Part shown: positions 15,886 to 20,000 of the stretch, piece after piece
How positions within the stretch are numbered: position 1 is the stretch's first letter
How the letters are laid out: each line of letters starts with the position of its first letter
Source: an uncultured virus (IMG/VR IMGVR_UViG_3300042350_005045)
Taxonomy: Duplodnaviria > Heunggongvirae > Uroviricota > Caudoviricetes
DNA length: 20,000 nt
Direction: 5' to 3' (one strand)
IMG/VR virus record: IMGVR_UViG_3300042350_005045
Made by a program: the position numbers and the translations under genes
Notes under the pieces: model-generated
What the model was told of the DNA's origin: nothing
The model's input: only the letters and a program-made list of their open reading frames with translations
Databases searched by the model: none

Positions 15886-18174
15886 ATGGCAGACGCTAAA
15901 GCCAGGCTCCAGGAAATCATCAATGCTTATCTTGATAAAGATAGTGACATTGTTGTAGACACTGGTGTTGTCGCGTCTCACATTGCACAGATGAAACTCT
16001 TTGGTATCCGCCAGGGAGTTGAATTTTTTCCATCACAAGATAACTTTGGCAACCAACGCAAAGACTTTATCGATCGTGTAGCCAAGTACAACAAACTTGA
16101 TACACGCCTGGATTCAATCTGGGAGTACTTCCTGTGTGATGGCAAAGGCCTTTTCTACATTCGCCCTACAAAACAAAATTATCGCCTCTATTATTTCCGC
16201 GAGCATGAGTACCGTGCGTACTACAACGTTGACGGTGAACTTGACGAAGTTGTAATCATCTATAGCTATAAGGTCCGTAAGGCCAATGGCTTCGGTGATC
16301 AGCTTGCAACTACATCGCTAACAGGTGGTCTAAGCACTGGTAGTCCTGGTGCAAAGCGTTATATCAGGCTTTCGATCAAACCTAGAGAGATTGAAGAGAC
16401 GCACTCGGATTCCGAGATGTCGTTTGAGATGCCGACCTACGCATTAACCGGTCATACCAAGACGTTCAAGAATAGTCTTGGCTTTATTCCATGCGTTGAA
16501 ATTATCAATAATCCCCAAGGTTTTTCTTCGGAGGGCACTGGTGAATTTGACGCACTAGCCAATCACATTTGTACGCATGACGAAATGATGCGTACGATGC
16601 GTAAAAATATTACCTTCTTTGGTAACCCAACGCTTCTGTCGTCTCGCCCCAAGACTGACCTTATGGAGGCAGGGGGAGACGCTATTGTCCAGCGTCCTTC
16701 TATTGCTGCAAACTCTGGCTTTACGAGTCCATCACCGATGAGTCGGTCGATGTTTAAAGCTGATCCCGTCAGCCGTGGTGTTGATGGTCAGATCCGTGTT
16801 CCACGCGTCATTGCAAACCTGGAACCAAACGACCGTGTTGGTTATATCGTTCCAGATGCAATCACTGGAGATCAAAACGCATTTGCTCGTCAGTATCGAG
16901 AAGAGATTCGTACTGCCCTTGGTGGCGTAGACGAACTATCAATTTCTGCTGGCGTGACAGCAACTGAGTACAAATCATTGTTTGGACGTGTTGCTGCAAC
17001 ATCCAAGAAAAAAGCAAATGCCATTTATACACATGGCTTATGTCGTTGTTTTGAATTGATTATCTACCAAGAGGAACAATTATTCAAGGCGACACTTGCA
17101 TCAGCGGCAGGGCTCGAGAAGCCCGTAGATCTAGCTCCAGATGCTTCACCGGAAGATGAAGCTGGTTATGAAGCAGCAGAAAAGCAATACAACGAACAAC
17201 TCAAGAGCCTTATGATGGCTTGCGTGGAAGCACAACAGATCCCACCTAGTGTTATTGGCTTAATTCCAGATGGTGACGTCACTATCTTATGGCGTTGGCT
17301 GGGACCTGTATATGAGGATTCCACACAGGACATCCTTAACAACTCCATCGTGGTTCGCAACCTTCAGGAGTTAGGTGTTGATAGCATTGAAGCACTGAAA
17401 TACCTCTTCCCGTCTAAGACGGATGAGGAAAGGGCCGAGATGTTATCTGGGTTCCCATTCAGGATGGTGAACGAATTACAGGGTGCATACTCTCAATTCG
17501 CTCGCTTGGTGGGGGGCATGATGCAGACTCCTCACCCGCAAGCACCGGATCTTCCGATGGCTGCGGATCCAAGATTGGATTTAACTCCATATCTGTATCG
17601 AACCTTAGAAGCTCTACAAAAGGAGATGAGTTATGCAGGACGCTACCGTCCAATCGATCCCACAGACGAGCCAAGTCCCGGCAGCGGTGGCTCCAAGCAG
17701 CTACGTGGCTCCAGCCCCGGTCAATTACCAGGTGGCACAGAGCCCGGCTCCAGTGGCGTATCAAGTGGGTACCAGTTACCCCCAAGCGGTGCCTCAGGCG
17801 GCCCCCAATTACCAATCAGCCCCTACGCAGTACGCCCCCCAATACCAGTCGGAAGCACCGAACAGCAACCCCTGGGAGTCGGCGTTCAACAAGGTGGTGA
17901 ATCTGCTGAGCGCACCAGTTCAATCCCCGTTCCAGGGTCAACCGTCTCAGACGACTCAATACGCTCCAGCCAATTACGGCCAGCAGTACAGCAACCCAGC
18001 TACGCAACAATTGGGTCAGCAGACCTGGTCACCCAACCAGGCTTACTTGCCCAGCTCTTCCCAAATCTCCTCGGCAGTTTACTCAACCCTGGACGGGCTG
18101 AACCCAACGTCCGAGGTGCAGACCGCGATCGCGGATTACCTGCAACTAAACAACGAAAGTCGTCACGTCGTTGA
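15886..18174 (+). CDS. Probable portal protein with a long C-terminal extension overlapping the next gene
   Basis: ~580-aa globular-looking core between TerL and the scaffold/capsid genes; assignment rests on synteny and size. Confidence 0.7.
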   Translation: MADAKARLQEIINAYLDKDSDIVVDTGVVASHIAQMKLFGIRQGVEFFPSQDNFGNQRKDFIDRVAKYNKLDTRLDSIWEYFLCDGKGLFYIRPTKQNYRLYYFREHEYRAYYNVDGELDEVVIIYSYKVRKANGFGDQLATTSLTGGLSTGSPGAKRYIRLSIKPREIEETHSDSEMSFEMPTYALTGHTKTFKNSLGFIPCVEIINNPQGFSSEGTGEFDALANHICTHDEMMRTMRKNITFFGNPTLLSSRPKTDLMEAGGDAIVQRPSIAANSGFTSPSPMSRSMFKADPVSRGVDGQIRVPRVIANLEPNDRVGYIVPDAITGDQNAFARQYREEIRTALGGVDELSISAGVTATEYKSLFGRVAATSKKKANAIYTHGLCRCFELIIYQEEQLFKATLASAAGLEKPVDLAPDASPEDEAGYEAAEKQYNEQLKSLMMACVEAQQIPPSVIGLIPDGDVTILWRWLGPVYEDSTQDILNNSIVVRNLQELGVDSIEALKYLFPSKTDEERAEMLSGFPFRMVNELQGAYSQFARLVGGMMQTPHPQAPDLPMAADPRLDLTPYLYRTLEALQKEMSYAGRYRPIDPTDEPSPGSGGSKQLRGSSPGQLPGGTEPGSSGVSSGYQLPPSGASGGPQLPISPYAVRPPIPVGSTEQQPLGVGVQQGGESAERTSSIPVPGSTVSDDSIRSSQLRPAVQQPSYATIGSADLVTQPGLLAQLFPNLLGSLLNPGRAEPNVRGADRDRGLPATKQRKSSRR

Positions 18175-18634
18175 GGCATACGGCTGGAACGCACCTGCCG
18201 TTCTTAACAACTACGCCCTTCAACTGGAAGGGATGCTGGATAGTGCTGTTGCCTGGGGAACCGAGGCCCAAAATGTCCTGCAGCGTTACGCCAACTTCTC
18301 TGTCGCTGAGCACCAAGAGAATCTGGCTTACAACGAAATCTTGACCAATCCTGATGTACTCAGCGATTACACGCTGAAGTTCTTTGGTCCTGAAGGTCCG
18401 TACCCTGTGTATGAGGATGAGTCCCAACTGGAGACCCGTGGTTATCCCACCACATCTGCTTACCAAGCCCTGGGTCAATTCCCTGCACCTCCTGCAGCCT
18501 CCGCTCCCCAACAGCCTGAAAACTTCTGGGGTTCCTTTAAGCAGCAAATGGATGTAGATCCCGCACAAGCCTGGCGCCTTCTGAACCAAGCTCAGCCTCA
18601 AGTTGTTGCCAACAAACTGTTTGTAATGGAGTGA
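17633..18634 (+). CDS. Probable capsid scaffolding/assembly protein
   Basis: AAGGAG SD at 17620-17625; Pro/Gln/Ala-rich disordered N-half and helical C-half; position between portal and capsid gene. Confidence 0.7.
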   Translation: MQDATVQSIPQTSQVPAAVAPSSYVAPAPVNYQVAQSPAPVAYQVGTSYPQAVPQAAPNYQSAPTQYAPQYQSEAPNSNPWESAFNKVVNLLSAPVQSPFQGQPSQTTQYAPANYGQQYSNPATQQLGQQTWSPNQAYLPSSSQISSAVYSTLDGLNPTSEVQTAIADYLQLNNESRHVVEAYGWNAPAVLNNYALQLEGMLDSAVAWGTEAQNVLQRYANFSVAEHQENLAYNEILTNPDVLSDYTLKFFGPEGPYPVYEDESQLETRGYPTTSAYQALGQFPAPPAASAPQQPENFWGSFKQQMDVDPAQAWRLLNQAQPQVVANKLFVME

Positions 18635-18638
18635 GGCG

Positions 18639-19190
18639 ATGCGTAATCGCTTAGCTTATGGCGTACCTATTGCCGCTGGCTTAGCCACGGGTGGGTACGC
18701 CCTTTCTCAAGGTGAAGATCCAGGCTCTGCTGCTCTTGCTGCGGCTGCCGGTGGACTTGGTGCTTATGGTGGCTTAAGGCTGGCGGGACGTTACGCGCCA
18801 GAGCTTGCTGCTCGTGCAGGTGCTTTACTCAAAGGTGAAAAAGCAAGCGGCTTGACTAAGGAACAAATTCTTGCCGCCCCAATTGCCCCTGGAACAATCG
18901 GAAAAGGCAAAGTTGCACAAGGTCCCGTCAACCCTTCTCTTAATGCACCACCAGAAAAGGGCTTAGGTCCTTCCACACGTTCATACGGAAAAGTTGCTGC
19001 TGCTGGTCTTGTTCCAGCCGCTGCACTTACCGCTGGTCTCGGCGGTGTGGCACTTGGCGCTATTCCTGGTGCTATGGGTGTTCCAGGTTTTGGTCAAGGC
19101 GGTGCAATTGATCCAGAATCCCCTGGTTCTAGCAACACTGCAAGTGCCAAATATGGCGTAACACCTTACGCTAGTACGCAGTACATGTGA
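18639..19190 (+). CDS. Gly/Ala-rich hypothetical protein with hydrophobic segments
   Basis: ORF track; GAGG immediately upstream. Confidence 0.75.
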   Translation: MRNRLAYGVPIAAGLATGGYALSQGEDPGSAALAAAAGGLGAYGGLRLAGRYAPELAARAGALLKGEKASGLTKEQILAAPIAPGTIGKGKVAQGPVNPSLNAPPEKGLGPSTRSYGKVAAAGLVPAAALTAGLGGVALGAIPGAMGVPGFGQGGAIDPESPGSSNTASAKYGVTPYASTQYM

Positions 19191-19210
19191 CATCTAAGTT
19201 CACTACCTGC

Positions 19211-19248
19211 TAAAATTTGTGTTAGATAAGACGTAAATGTCTTTATCT
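19211..19248 (+). promoter_or_regulatory. -10-like TAAAAT followed by a leader hairpin upstream of the probable capsid gene
   Basis: TAAAAT 19211-19216; AGATAAGAC GTAAAT GTCTTTATCT 19224-19248. Confidence 0.5.
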
Positions 19249-19288
19249 TTCACCCGATAAAAACATCGACACTGGAGGATAAACCAAG

Positions 19289-19300
19289 GTGTTTATTGAT
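19289..19300 (+). CDS. Exon 1 (M-F-I-D) of probable major capsid protein gene
   Basis: GGAGG SD at 19274-19278; GTG TTT ATT GAT, then in-frame TAG two codons later inside the intron; position after the scaffold gene. Confidence 0.7.
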
Positions 19301-19302
19301 AG

Positions 19303-19857
19303 CTAGTTCAGATCCTGGTAGGTATAGCCCTTCAAGATTTGGTAAATAGCTCCGTGGTTACAGTTAAACTTTTCAGCAATCTTTCGATAAGAAAGTCCCG
19401 CTTCTTTTAAAGCTTTAATCTGAGCCACATCCTCCGAAGAAAATTTTCTCAAAGATTTCTTCGGTGCTCCTTTACTGGCAAAGCCATTGTTTTTATAACA
19501 ACCGCTCTTCCAGGCTCTTGTTAAGTTCTCTTGTTTGGTAACGATCTCTAGATTGTCAAGTCGATTATTCCTCTTGTCGTTATCTTTGTGATCAACTTGT
19601 AAGGAAAAGTTACTGGTTCCATGTGAACGCAGGTCTAATCCTAAGAAAGCAACCGCCATCAAGACATGAAGATGAAAACGTTTTCTCTTCCCATCTACAA
19701 GAACTGAAATACGGTCGTAAACACTGGTTGAACGAATGGGGATCTCTTGAAAATATTCTTGATTATCGGGATCAAGTTGTTTTTCAAAAGCTTTTCCCTC
19801 TTCCGTTAAGTAAAGGTTACCAAATCCAGGAACAAGTTTTGGATCCATGTTGTTCAT
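19303..19857 (-). CDS. HNH homing endonuclease (NUMOD4-like N-terminus, HNH_3 core, C-terminal HTH), intron-encoded, antisense
   Basis: LHVLMAVAFLG...VDHKDNDKRNNRLDNLEIVTKQEN; C-terminal LSYRKIAEKFNCNHGAIYQILKG; ATG 19857 preferred over 19881 because of the promoter position. Confidence 0.9.
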   Translation of the reverse strand: MNNMDPKLVPGFGNLYLTEEGKAFEKQLDPDNQEYFQEIPIRSTSVYDRISVLVDGKRKRFHLHVLMAVAFLGLDLRSHGTSNFSLQVDHKDNDKRNNRLDNLEIVTKQENLTRAWKSGCYKNNGFASKGAPKKSLRKFSSEDVAQIKALKEAGLSYRKIAEKFNCNHGAIYQILKGYTYQDLN

Positions 19858-19871
19858 AAACAGCTTTCCAA

Positions 19872-19900
19872 AGCATAGCATGCCTCAACTGAACGCTCAA
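19872..19900 (-). promoter_or_regulatory. Sigma70-type promoter for the HNH gene
   Basis: Minus strand TTGAGC (19900-19895), 17-nt spacer, extended -10 TGcTATGCT (TATGCT 19877-19872). Confidence 0.65.
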
Positions 19901-20000
19901 CGTTGTCACCCCACCGAGCAATCGATGGGTGCAAACCGGATGAATTCAGGGAAGCCCTAACGTAAAGACGAGGGTAATCCTGAGCCAAGCCAATCAAGTC

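Larger units (their letters stand above)
19301..20000 (+). ncRNA. Group I intron (5' part; continues beyond window), IC3/tRNA-Leu-intron-like core
   Basis: P element GAATTCAGGGAA 19942-19953; Q element AATCCTGAGC 19976-19985; P4 TTCAGG/CCTGAG; P5 CCCTAACGT AAAG ACGAGGG; P2 with GCAA tetraloop 19910-19929; IGS GTTGTCA pairs with TGAT|AGC giving a U-G splice-site wobble. Confidence 0.9.

Noticed and set aside
13645..18601. Antisense and alternate-frame ORFs within terL, portal and scaffold
   Set aside because: No RBS or protein-like features; expected shadows of long genes
19858..19881. HNH start at ATG 19881
   Set aside because: Lies inside the predicted promoter, upstream of the -10 and the expected TSS; ATG 19857 or 19848 is more plausible

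Overview
Phage genomic segment (Caudoviricetes; gene style resembles freshwater cyanophage-like phages, which is an inference). Left part (1-2660, minus strand): an array of very small hypothetical 'early-type' genes. Four of the gene junctions carry a repeated, covarying structured element. It folds like an anticodon-less mini-tRNA (12-bp acceptor+T-like helix, 7-nt UGCAA(U/A)C T-loop, small D-like hairpin), followed by a second hairpin. A 21-bp palindromic repeat also occurs twice. Right part (2781-20000, plus strand): morphogenesis module with a 1146-aa protein, a run of Gly/Ala/Gln-rich putative virion proteins, a possible TerS, a clear TerL, an AbrB-like protein, a probable portal overlapping a probable scaffold gene by 542 nt, and the first four codons of a probable major capsid gene. 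That gene is interrupted by a group I intron (P1/IGS, P2, P4, P5 and P/Q elements visible), whose L1 loop carries an antisense NUMOD4-HNH-HTH homing endonuclease with its own sigma70-type promoter.
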